This document shows, piece by piece, positions 28,301 through 37,447 of a DNA stretch of 64,000 nt (position 1 is its first letter; each line of letters opens with the position of its first letter). The notes below the pieces were generated by a model. It was not told the origin of the DNA. It did no database searches and worked only from the letters and a program-made list of their open reading frames with translations. The translations under genes were made by a program, and so were the position numbers. Source of the stretch: an uncultured Bacillota bacterium (GTDB lineage Bacteria; Bacillota_I; Bacilli_A; RFN20; CAG-288); assembly GCA_949284445.1 (NCBI GenBank), contig CASDVP010000007.1, positions 19,107 through 83,106 of the forward strand. The letters run 5' to 3'.

Positions 28301-29740
28301 GCCCAAGAGCATATCAAAGAGTTATTAGGTAAAGATAACGTCTTTAAAGCTGGTACTATTCAAGCTGCTAAAGAGAAGAACGCTTTAGGTTATGTCAAAG
28401 GCTATTTTGAATCTTTAGGAAAAGATCCTACAAAAATCAGACAAGCTGAACTGGATAGATTAGCGATTGGTTGCTCAGATGTCAAAAGGACTACCGGCCA
28501 GCATCCAGGTGGTGTCATCGTCATACCCGATGATATGGAAGTCTATGATTTTACACCTGTTCAATACCCAGCTGATGAAGTCGATTCCACCTGGAAAACA
28601 ACACATTATGACTTTAAAGCGATTCATGATACTGTTTTAAAGTTTGATATGTTAGGACACGTCGATCCCCAAGCTGTAAAAATGATGTGTGATCTCATCG
28701 GTATCTCATTTAAAGAGGTTTTAGAAAAGATACCTTTAAATGATCCAGAAGCTCTCTCTTTATTCTGGTCTCCGGATGCTCTTCATCTCAAAAAGAACGT
28801 TTTAAAACAAGAGACCGGTGCTTTAGGCTTACCTGAATTTGGAACCACCATCGGTAGAAGAACACTGTTAGAGACTAAACCGCGCTGCTTTTCTGACTTG
28901 GTCAGAATCTCTGGTCTATCACATGGTACTGATGTTTATGCTGGTAATGCTCGTGATCTGATCTTAGAGAACAATTTGACTCTAAGAGATGTCATCGCTT
29001 GCCGTGATGACATCATGATCGGACTTAATGAGAAATATGGAATGGATCTCAATGACACTTTTAAAATCATGGAGATCGTCAGAAAAGGTAATTTCTGTAA
29101 GCCAGCTTTTAAAGAACAACGTGAAAAATATACTGCGATGATGAGAGAGCATAATGTTCCTGATTATTACATTCGTTCTTGTGAAAAGATCCAGTATCTC
29201 TTCCCGAGAGGACATGCTGTCGCTTATGTGAACATGGCTATGAGATGCGCTTATTTTAAAGTTCATTATCCTCTAGAGTATTATGCGACTTATTTCACTT
29301 TGAGATGTGATGCTTATGAGATAGAGACTATGTGCAAAGGTTTACAGGCTTGTGTGAAAAGATTAGACGATATCAATTATCGCATCGCCAATCACAAGAA
29401 GGTCGAAAACAAAGAAGTCTCTTTGATAAATGCTTTAGAACAGACTATCGAAATGTATGATCGCGGTTATGAATTCTCTCATGTCTCGATCAACAAATCC
29501 TTATCGACTGCCTTTTCAATCGATCATGTGCATCAGAAAGTCATACCATCTTTCTCTTCTATCAACGGTTTAGGAAGCGCAGTTGGTGATCAGATTGTCA
29601 AAGCGAGAAATCAGATGCCTTTCACTTCCGTTGAAGATTTAAAAGCCCGTGGTAAAGTCTCTGATAAACTCATAGAAGAGCTGAGAAAATTAGGTGCTTT
29701 AGAAGATTTACCTGAATCTGATCAGATGACTTTGTTTTAA
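25397..29740 (+). CDS. polC: DNA polymerase III, PolC type, with a 3'-5' exonuclease domain.
   Basis: 1447 aa. Exo I motif (VIFDLETTGL). Zinc finger (CPKCHHLEW...CPECG). PHP and polymerase core motifs. Confidence 0.95.
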   Translation: MDSLFERFLTKVKINDLKPFEEGSFDKLINEKENNCVVANIVFPHYLPYKAYQDFFDAISTFTAIGGFSMKITFSYKDERSYFPRLLEEFKEAMKCQLLDDVYFYETENKVLFYYQKTEQAKQISDEIRKFNDFLDSISSSYKLMMQEKIYMSDDFSKKRDQEYQKTALDTMKNIKIQEEINSTYQPCKLKDIENFPKVIVAGTIFKVDDRKSKKMTLIRSLELYDGTDSVKVTIFEGKKMTLEEVLKYDVGVKVKIYGRTFYDSYSRDEISIEVDKIEQIENDPLRMDTSPEKRVELHLHTKLSALDGLADFASYAEAAKRFGHKALAVTDHGVCQAFPKAQAAGKKYGLKVLYGTEFYIVDDSLRYIFNPDKTRVLNKSDYVIFDLETTGLSARYDRIIEFGAVKIDSAGQVIDTIDFFVNPDRKLSRFSIEESHISQEQVDHGKPIKEALKMIKEFFGDSVLVAHNASFDYGFLNEALKNNGLEGIKNPVIDTLPISIYLYPEKKRHTEGTLARELDIQFDEISAHRANYDALILSKILQVFIAKLTKDNEKLTHADLADLPVTDQMILCMHPYHATCYVKNTAGLKDLYKLISLSQIKYISSNGYPLLPKSALTKARENLIIGSACLNGEVFEAAMTKSSDVLKEVMSYYDFIEVQPPANYLYLINKGQLSNMDDVKHILSDLISDALSINKLVCATGDCHYLNPEDKILRDVYISARGLKGARHPLNLAPYENASEEVKKAYYKHPFINPDQHFRTTDEMLECFSFLNDDKLVHDIVITNTNKVADMIADDIKPVRDKLYPPKIEGNEQLLTDLVFKTAKEKYGDPLPKEIQERLDTELHGIISNGYSVIYWISSLLVRWSNEQGYMIGSRGSVGSSLVATMSGITEVNPLPPHYICPKCHHLEWVDPNKYGSGYDLPEKICPECGSKLKGDGQNIPFATFLGFHAEKVPDIDLNFPSDFQSIAQEHIKELLGKDNVFKAGTIQAAKEKNALGYVKGYFESLGKDPTKIRQAELDRLAIGCSDVKRTTGQHPGGVIVIPDDMEVYDFTPVQYPADEVDSTWKTTHYDFKAIHDTVLKFDMLGHVDPQAVKMMCDLIGISFKEVLEKIPLNDPEALSLFWSPDALHLKKNVLKQETGALGLPEFGTTIGRRTLLETKPRCFSDLVRISGLSHGTDVYAGNARDLILENNLTLRDVIACRDDIMIGLNEKYGMDLNDTFKIMEIVRKGNFCKPAFKEQREKYTAMMREHNVPDYYIRSCEKIQYLFPRGHAVAYVNMAMRCAYFKVHYPLEYYATYFTLRCDAYEIETMCKGLQACVKRLDDINYRIANHKKVENKEVSLINALEQTIEMYDRGYEFSHVSINKSLSTAFSIDHVHQKVIPSFSSINGLGSAVGDQIVKARNQMPFTSVEDLKARGKVSDKLIEELRKLGALEDLPESDQMTLF

Positions 29741-30432
29741 ATTAGATTATTTAAAAAACTTTATAGTTTTTAATTACTAATGCAAACTTTTGACACTAGT
29801 GTCATAGATTTTTATTAAACTATCTGAAAATAATAAAATACGATCAAAAAAAGGAGTGATTATTCCACTAGTAGTGTTGTGAACTCACATCTTTTTTAAT
29901 GAATAAGTTTAAATATAAAAGCACCTGAATCTCGATAGTTTCAGTCAGAAACATAAAGCAAGTTCCTGATTATTTCAGTTATTGTTCTAACATTTGAAAT
30001 CTAGTTAAAGCTTAATAATGTAATTCAAAGCAAATTTTATATTTCAGCTATATTCAAGGATGAAATGGGAAAATATAGATGAATAATCGTGACAAAAATA
30101 TATAAATGTAAAATAAATTACAGATTTTTTGTTATTTCTGATCATCTAGCTGCAATCGCTTACACAAAGCGTTGATTTCATCTGTCGAATTATTCTGAAA
30201 AATAGCGATACTTATCGAAATATTTAAGATTTTCCTTTATTTTGATAAATAACTTTGAAAATGTTAAAAATACTTTTAAATACTTTTATGTATAAAATGA
30301 TTATTTTATTTATAAAATGTCGTATTTATCGATATATTTTGAAATAAATAGACTGCTATTATAACCGTCTATATTTTTTCTATTATCACTTTAACTTGAT
30401 TTATTAGTGATACAATGTAAGCGGTTTAGCAA

Positions 30433-31944
30433 ATGGCATATAAAGTGAGTGGAATTGCATTACCTATTTTTTCTCTTCCTTCTAATTATGGAATTGGAAC
30501 GATAGGTTGTGAAGCAAAGAGATTCATCGACTTCTTAGCTGATTCAGGTTTCAGCTATTGGAGCATCCTACCTTTAGGTCCTACTTCCTTTGCTGACTCC
30601 CCCTTCCAATGCTTTAGCGCTAGAGCGTTAAACCACTACTTCATCGATTTAGATGATCTCATCGAAAAGGACTTACTTAAAAAGAGAGACTTAGAAAGCT
30701 TCATGTGGTGTGAAGATGAGAGGGAAGTCGACTATCATCTCATTTACACAAACAGAAACAAAGTCCTGAAAAAAGCATTCAATCGCTTTAAAAGAGGAAA
30801 TGGGGATTATTGGCGCGGATACACTTCATTTCTCAGAAAAAATGAATTTCTCGATTATGCTTGCTTCATGGTCTTAAAGGAACTTAATAAAGGTAAGCCT
30901 TGGCCGAAATTTGAGAAAGGCTACGATGAGTATTCCTTCAAAGCATTTAAGAAGATCAAGCACCAGTACTGGAATGAAGTTGAGTTCTATCTTTGGACTC
31001 AATACATCTTCTTAAAACAGTGGAATTCCTTGAAAAAATATGCTGCTGAAAGAGGGATAAAAATCATCGGTGAAGAACCCTTCTATGTCGCATTCGATTC
31101 GATAGATGTCTATAAACATCATCGTAACTTTAAACTCAACAGCCATAATCAAATGGAAAAGGTCGGAGGATATCCACCTGATTGTTTCTCACCTGATGGA
31201 CAAGTTTGGGGATCTCCTATCTATGACTTTGATTATATGGCTAAACACGATTATCGCTTCTTTAAAAATCGTCTGAACTTCTCTTTAAATCTTTATGATC
31301 AAGTCATTTTGAATCATTTTCGTGGTTTCTTCAATTACTATGCTCTTAATGCAGATAGTAAAAATGGTTTAAATGGTGAGTTCTATCAAGGACCTGGTGC
31401 CTTGATGTGTGACGCCTTAGTGAAAGATCATACCGATAAGATCATTGCCGAACACGTCGGCTATTCTTCTCCGCTCATCGAAGAATTCTTAGAAAAGAGA
31501 CAGGTTCCTGAGATCAGCGTCCTGGAGTTTTCTTTAGCTGATCAAGATAACTTTCCTCTACCTGAAGACTATCCTTATCAGACCATCGTCTATTCGACAA
31601 GACATGATAACGAGCCGTTATGCAGCTATATCTTCTCTTTAACTGCTGAAGAAAAGATGCATATGCGCTCTATCTTAGATAAGAGCTGTTATCAGTTAGG
31701 GGTGAGATTAGTCGATGATTCGATCGAAGGCTGGTGTAAAACGATTTTGGAATTAGGATTAGCTTCCCAAGCTAAATTGATGATCATCAACATGCCTGAT
31801 TTGTTATTAGAAACTCATAGCGGAAGGATCAATACTCCTAATACTATCACCAACAATTGGACTTATCGAATAGGTAAGAATGACTTGACTAAAGAATTGA
31901 GTCAAAAATTAAAACGACTCAATCACTATTATGGACGCATATAA
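30433..31944 (+). CDS. malQ: 4-alpha-glucanotransferase (amylomaltase, GH77).
   Basis: N-terminal SGIALPIFSLPSNYGIGTIG...FSYWSILPLGPT and DSPFQCFSARALNHYFIDLD are typical of GH77. Confidence 0.85.
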   Translation: MAYKVSGIALPIFSLPSNYGIGTIGCEAKRFIDFLADSGFSYWSILPLGPTSFADSPFQCFSARALNHYFIDLDDLIEKDLLKKRDLESFMWCEDEREVDYHLIYTNRNKVLKKAFNRFKRGNGDYWRGYTSFLRKNEFLDYACFMVLKELNKGKPWPKFEKGYDEYSFKAFKKIKHQYWNEVEFYLWTQYIFLKQWNSLKKYAAERGIKIIGEEPFYVAFDSIDVYKHHRNFKLNSHNQMEKVGGYPPDCFSPDGQVWGSPIYDFDYMAKHDYRFFKNRLNFSLNLYDQVILNHFRGFFNYYALNADSKNGLNGEFYQGPGALMCDALVKDHTDKIIAEHVGYSSPLIEEFLEKRQVPEISVLEFSLADQDNFPLPEDYPYQTIVYSTRHDNEPLCSYIFSLTAEEKMHMRSILDKSCYQLGVRLVDDSIEGWCKTILELGLASQAKLMIINMPDLLLETHSGRINTPNTITNNWTYRIGKNDLTKELSQKLKRLNHYYGRI

Positions 31945-32003
31945 CTTTGAAATTATTAGAGACGTATAGCAGTTGAGACTTTTATTTACAGGAGGAAAAA
32001 ATT

Positions 32004-33278
32004 ATGAAAAAAGTCACAAAAATCAGTTCCTTAGTCGCTCTCTCTTTATTGATGTTAGCCGGTTGTAATGGGGGGGGTGATTCCACCACAAAGCAAGATA
32101 ACTCCAAATACAACTGGACGATCACTGTTTCTTCACCAGTAGAACAAACTGCCTTTATTACTGAACAATGCAACAATTTCAAAGAAGAGAATGGTTATAC
32201 GAATGTCAAATTCAACTTTGTCAACTATCCAGAAGGTGAAGTCGATACCAAAGTCGCTGATTGGTCAGCGACCAGTGCACCTGATGTTTATGCGTTTGCA
32301 TCTGATAAGACTTTAAGCTTAGTACAAAAGGGTGCGTTAGCCCGTGTTCCTTCTAATTTCCAATCTCAAATGACGAAAGATATGACTTCTGGTGCTATCG
32401 ATGCCGGAAAATTAGGCGATAATATGTATGCATATCCCTATGCTGGTGATAACGGTTATTTCTTATATATCAACACTGACTTTGTCTCAGTAGACCAAGC
32501 TGCTAAGGTAGAAGATATCATCGCTGCTTGTGAGGAAAAAGGAGTCAAATTCGGTTATCCATTAGGCGAAGCTTTCTATTCGATGGCAATGTTGACCACC
32601 TTCGGTGCTTCTTATACTGTCAAGATGAACGATGATTACTCTAATGTCAGCAGTATTGAAGCTTCTTATGATACCGAGGATGGTTTACAAGCTGCTAAAG
32701 GCTTCCGTGATCTGATCAATAATCCTAACGTCATGACTGGTAATGCTAATGATGTGTTAAAAGCTCCTACTCAAGCTAACGGTTTAGGCGCTATTGTCGG
32801 TGGTTCTTGGAATGCTGCTGATTTTGAAGAAGCTGTCGGTAAAGATAAATTAGTCGCTTTGAAGATGCCGACTATCACTGTTGATAATGAGACTAAGACG
32901 CTTCGTTCGTTCTTGGGTTATAAATTATATGGTGTTAATCCTCAAGTGAGTAAAGAAGATACTGCTAGATTAGCTTTCGATCACTCTTTAGCCAATTATT
33001 TAGTCGGTGCTAAAGTTCAAGAGAATCGCTTTGATACTTTCTCAACCGCTCCTACCAATACGACCGTCGCTAAAATGTCTAAAGTCACTAATAACCAATA
33101 TGTCAAAGCTATCAATGATCAAGCTAATGATGCTATTGCTCAAACTATTGTCCCTCAAGGTCTTTGGGATTCTCCTAAGGCTTTATACGATGGTATCAAA
33201 GCAGGAACGATCAGCACTGACCAACAATTACAAGAAGCTTTGACTGCTTTGAATACTGCTGTAGAAACTTCCAAATAA
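32004..33278 (+). CDS. Lipoprotein sugar ABC-transporter substrate-binding protein (maltose/maltodextrin-binding-like).
   Basis: Lipobox LLMLAGC, then GGG encoded by a poly-G tract. The fold is MalE-like (cluster B SBP) and the gene sits directly upstream of two sugar permease genes. Confidence 0.8.
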   Translation: MKKVTKISSLVALSLLMLAGCNGGGDSTTKQDNSKYNWTITVSSPVEQTAFITEQCNNFKEENGYTNVKFNFVNYPEGEVDTKVADWSATSAPDVYAFASDKTLSLVQKGALARVPSNFQSQMTKDMTSGAIDAGKLGDNMYAYPYAGDNGYFLYINTDFVSVDQAAKVEDIIAACEEKGVKFGYPLGEAFYSMAMLTTFGASYTVKMNDDYSNVSSIEASYDTEDGLQAAKGFRDLINNPNVMTGNANDVLKAPTQANGLGAIVGGSWNAADFEEAVGKDKLVALKMPTITVDNETKTLRSFLGYKLYGVNPQVSKEDTARLAFDHSLANYLVGAKVQENRFDTFSTAPTNTTVAKMSKVTNNQYVKAINDQANDAIAQTIVPQGLWDSPKALYDGIKAGTISTDQQLQEALTALNTAVETSK

Positions 33279-33335
33279 TGATTTTATAAGGATAGCGGAT
33301 TTTTCCGCTATCCTTTTCTTCCTTAAGGAGGATTT

Positions 33336-34916
33336 ATGGATAATAGAGAACAAGTGGTCGCTAATCAATTAGAATATCTTTCCTTATCTAAGCCGCAGAG
33401 AGCACTATATAAGATCAGTCATTTCTTTCTTGATCTGCCTAAAAGAGTGATGGCATCACTGAGAAGGATTCCTGGCAAGACTAGAAGAGTAAAACAATCT
33501 GCAGAAGGCATCTTTTCATCTATCTATCACGCAGGTAAAGAAGGTGATTATAAAACCCGACTCTCTTTTATTTTAATGGGTTTTGGATTGGTCACTAGGA
33601 ACCAGATTTTACGAGGCGCTTTTTATTTTTTATATGAGGTTTTTTTCATCGTTTTCATGTGCTTATTAGGTGGAAGCTCTCTAGCTTCTTTACCGTTTTT
33701 AGGACAGATAGGTCGTGTCACTTACACCGTTATCGATCCTGATTTTTTGATCGATGTCGAAACCACTGCCTATTATGATAATTCTTTTACGATTCTCTTG
33801 TTTTCAATCATCACTATCGCATTGATATTGATCTTAGTTTTTCTCTGGTATAACCAGTTAAAAGACAGTTTGAGATTACAGAGATTGAGTTATATCGGAA
33901 GAAAAGCATCTGATAAAGAATCATTTAAAAACATCTTCGATAAAAGCTATGAGAAGACGCTTTTATTCTTACCGATGTCAGGTCTCATCCTATTTACAAT
34001 CATCCCGATTATCATCATGATTTTGATCGGATTTACAAACTATAATTCCGCCCATTTGACACCTACTAATCTCTTCGATTGGGTGGGTTTATATAATTTT
34101 GAAGAGCTGTTTTCTACCGGAGCATCCACTAATAACAACATTTTCTTAGAAGTTTTTGGTCAGGTGCTATTGTGGACTTTAGTCTGGGCATTTTTTGCGA
34201 CGTTTTCCAATTACTTTTTAGGGATGATCATGGCTATGATCATCAATATCAAAGGCATCAAACTAAAAAAGGTGTGGAGAACTATTTTGATTTCAACGAT
34301 CGCGGTTCCACAATTCATCTCGCTATTATTAGTCTCTTATATTTTCTCTGATTATGGTGTTGTCAATGGAATACTGACTTCTTTAGGCTTGGTTTCCGGT
34401 CGAGGAATACCATTCCTATCTGATGCCTTACTAGCTAAAGTGATGATCATCTTGATCAACACTTGGGTCGGAATTCCATACACGATGCTCATCTGCTCTG
34501 GTCTATTGATGAATATTCCTGATGATCTATATGAATCTGCCCGAATCGATGGCGCTTCACCATTAAAGATGTATATCAAGATTACACTCCCTTATATGTT
34601 ATTTGTCACTACACCTTATTTGATTTCTCAATTCGTGGGTAATATCAACAACTTCAATGTCATTTATTTATTGACTTCTGGCGGACCGGCATTTTCTTAT
34701 CCAGTCGCTGATGTTCCTTATCAAGTCTCATCAACGGGCGTCGGTCATACTGATTTGCTCATCACTTGGATCTATAAGATGACAGTCACTTCTAATTCTA
34801 AAGACTACGGAGCTGCTTCAGTCATCGGTATGCTCATCTTCGCGGTTGTCGCCGTCATCTCTTTGATCTTCTACAACCGTTCTAATTCTGTGAAAAATGA
34901 GGAGGAATTCCAATGA
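33336..34916 (+). CDS. Sugar ABC transporter permease, MalF-like with a long N-terminal region.
   Basis: 526 aa with multiple TM segments. EAA loop YESARIDGASPLKMYIKITLPYM. Confidence 0.85.
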   Translation: MDNREQVVANQLEYLSLSKPQRALYKISHFFLDLPKRVMASLRRIPGKTRRVKQSAEGIFSSIYHAGKEGDYKTRLSFILMGFGLVTRNQILRGAFYFLYEVFFIVFMCLLGGSSLASLPFLGQIGRVTYTVIDPDFLIDVETTAYYDNSFTILLFSIITIALILILVFLWYNQLKDSLRLQRLSYIGRKASDKESFKNIFDKSYEKTLLFLPMSGLILFTIIPIIIMILIGFTNYNSAHLTPTNLFDWVGLYNFEELFSTGASTNNNIFLEVFGQVLLWTLVWAFFATFSNYFLGMIMAMIINIKGIKLKKVWRTILISTIAVPQFISLLLVSYIFSDYGVVNGILTSLGLVSGRGIPFLSDALLAKVMIILINTWVGIPYTMLICSGLLMNIPDDLYESARIDGASPLKMYIKITLPYMLFVTTPYLISQFVGNINNFNVIYLLTSGGPAFSYPVADVPYQVSSTGVGHTDLLITWIYKMTVTSNSKDYGAASVIGMLIFAVVAVISLIFYNRSNSVKNEEEFQ

Positions 34917-35830
34917 TGGCTGATCTATCTCTAGGAAAAAAGAATTCGCATTATCGTTCTCATAAACGGGCGATTCTCACTAGAAATATCTTCGTTTATA
35001 TCTTTTTAACAGTCATATCTATCATCTGGCTGATCCCGTTTGTATATCTAGTTTTCCAGTCTTTGTCTTCGATATATTCGCCTTCTAATTTCATGCCTTT
35101 TTTACCAACAGAAGAGAATATCGCAAACGGATATCCGGTCTGGACTTTTGATAATTATATCAATCTCTTCACTAACGACAATTATCCGTTCTGGAGATGG
35201 TATCTAAACACTTTTATCATCTCACTAGTGACTATGATCATTCAGACGATCTTGGTGTTAGGCACTTCGTATGCACTGTCTCGTCTGAGATTCAAAGGTC
35301 GTCAAGGGATCATGAGATTGATTTTAGTCTTAGGTATGTTCCCTGGCTTTTTAAGCACGATCATCATCTATTTCACACTGCAATTATTCCATTTGGAGTC
35401 CAATATCTTTTCTTTGATTCTGATCTATATCGCTTCTTCTGCGATGCAGTATTACATTGCTAAAGGATTCTTTGATACGATACCTAAATCACTGGATGAA
35501 GCTGCTATGATCGACGGAGCTAATAAGAATACAATTTTCTTTAAAATCATCATGCCTTTATCTAAACCGATCATTGTCTACACTCTGCTCATCTCTTTCA
35601 CAGCACCTTGGGGTGATTTTATGACCGCCTCTTATATCGCAGGTGGAAACCCGAGCATGATGACAGTCGCTGTCGGTTTACAACAGATGATCACTTTGAC
35701 ACAGAGAGTTCAGATGTTCCCAACTTTCTGCGCTGGTGGTGTCGTAGTCGCTATCCCAATCATGGCTTTATTCTTCTGGTTACAGAAGTATTATGTTGAA
35801 GGAATCACTGGTGGAGCAGTCAAAGGATGA
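34913..35830 (+). CDS. Sugar ABC transporter permease, MalG-like.
   Basis: EAA loop DEAAMIDGANKNTIFFKIIMPLSKP. ATGA overlap with the upstream gene. Confidence 0.85.
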   Translation: MMADLSLGKKNSHYRSHKRAILTRNIFVYIFLTVISIIWLIPFVYLVFQSLSSIYSPSNFMPFLPTEENIANGYPVWTFDNYINLFTNDNYPFWRWYLNTFIISLVTMIIQTILVLGTSYALSRLRFKGRQGIMRLILVLGMFPGFLSTIIIYFTLQLFHLESNIFSLILIYIASSAMQYYIAKGFFDTIPKSLDEAAMIDGANKNTIFFKIIMPLSKPIIVYTLLISFTAPWGDFMTASYIAGGNPSMMTVAVGLQQMITLTQRVQMFPTFCAGGVVVAIPIMALFFWLQKYYVEGITGGAVKG

Positions 35831-37434
35831 GAAAAGCACTTATACTTGGATTATTACCGGTTTTAGTCTCTTGTCAAACTGCATCTTCATCAGTCATCGA
35901 AGGTCAGATATTTGAAGAAGAGATTAAAAGACAAGTCATTGATGATAAATATCGCAATTATTATGAGATATTTGTCAGTTCTTTTGCTGATAGTGATCAG
36001 GACGGGATCGGAGATCTAAACGGAATAACTTCGAAGATTTCATATCTTTCAGAGTTAGGATTCACAGGTTTATATCTAACGCCTATTTTTGAATCTAATT
36101 CTTATCACAAATATGATGTCAACGATTATTTTGCTATCGACGAAGATTTCGGAACGATTGATGATTTAAAAACGCTTATCAATACTGCTCATGCATCTGA
36201 GATGAAAGTGATTTTAGATTTGCCATTAAATCATACCGGTTATTATAACAAGTGGTTTGAGAAATCTCTTTTAGCGCATCAAAAAGAGATCAATGGTCTA
36301 GAGATGACAGACGAAGAGAAGAAGTATTCAGACTTATATGTTTTCTATGATACTTTAGAAGAAGCCAAACAGAGCGGTAAAACGTATTATAGAGCAGGTG
36401 CTAATCCATTCTATTATGAAGCTAATTTTTCTTCTGATATGCCAGAACTCAATTATGATAATCCACTGACTTATGATCTTGTTGAAACAGTCTTTAAATA
36501 TTATTTAGATTTAGGTGTAGATGGGTTCAGGCTCGATGCTGCTAAGTATTATTACTTGAATGATACTAGTAGGAATATCGAAGTCTTAAACAACTTTAAA
36601 AAGTATTGTCAGACTATTAAAGACACTTATATCGTCGCTGAAGTTTGGGATAGTCAAAGCATTATTAAAGAATATTCCAAATCCGAGATCGATTCTTTCT
36701 TTTATTTTCCGATGTCCAGTGCCTACCCTTCATCATTCATCACGAATAGTTTTGGATTTGAAGGCATGCATAGAGATAAATATTTAAATGGGCAATTAGA
36801 GATGCTTTCTTGTGATACTAAAATTGCAGCACCATTTTTAGATAATCATGATATGAATAGATTGACACAAAGCGGTGATATCAGACGTACTAAGATGCAA
36901 TTAGGATTATTAGCGATGTGCAACGGTTCTAGTTTCACTTACTACGGTGATGAAATCGGGATGAGCTCTTCAAATAATCCAGGCGGTGATTACGCAGATA
37001 GCAATTATCGCACCCATTATTATTGGGGTGATGAAAATATCGAATGTCATGATCCAAGCTATAGCAATCGACAGACAAATTATTTTGGTACAGCAAAAGA
37101 ACAATCCGAAGATCCGAATTCCATTTTGAATTATCAAAAAAAAGCTAATCTATTGAGAAATGCCTATAAGTCGATAGCTAGAGGTGAGATCTCAGTCACT
37201 GAAGAAGATGAGAAGGTCAACGATAATGATGATGTTTATCTTTTAGCATATGATAAAACCTATGAAGATGAGAAGGTCAAATTAGTCTTTAATTTTTCGA
37301 TGAATCAGACTTTGAGTTATAAGACTGATTTGAAAGTCTCACACGTTTTGTTATCTGATGTTAATAAAAAGGCGACATATTTAAATGGTGAATTAGAACT
37401 TCCACCATATAGCATCGCCTTATTAGAGTATTAG
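35827..37434 (+). CDS. GH13 alpha-amylase-family lipoprotein (alpha-glucosidase/neopullulanase-like).
   Basis: Lipobox LPVLVSCQ. GH13 region II GVDGFRLDAAKY, region III VAEVWD, and the ...NHDMNR region. Confidence 0.85.
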   Translation: MRKALILGLLPVLVSCQTASSSVIEGQIFEEEIKRQVIDDKYRNYYEIFVSSFADSDQDGIGDLNGITSKISYLSELGFTGLYLTPIFESNSYHKYDVNDYFAIDEDFGTIDDLKTLINTAHASEMKVILDLPLNHTGYYNKWFEKSLLAHQKEINGLEMTDEEKKYSDLYVFYDTLEEAKQSGKTYYRAGANPFYYEANFSSDMPELNYDNPLTYDLVETVFKYYLDLGVDGFRLDAAKYYYLNDTSRNIEVLNNFKKYCQTIKDTYIVAEVWDSQSIIKEYSKSEIDSFFYFPMSSAYPSSFITNSFGFEGMHRDKYLNGQLEMLSCDTKIAAPFLDNHDMNRLTQSGDIRRTKMQLGLLAMCNGSSFTYYGDEIGMSSSNNPGGDYADSNYRTHYYWGDENIECHDPSYSNRQTNYFGTAKEQSEDPNSILNYQKKANLLRNAYKSIARGEISVTEEDEKVNDNDDVYLLAYDKTYEDEKVKLVFNFSMNQTLSYKTDLKVSHVLLSDVNKKATYLNGELELPPYSIALLEY

Positions 37435-37447
37435 GAGGGTATTTTTT

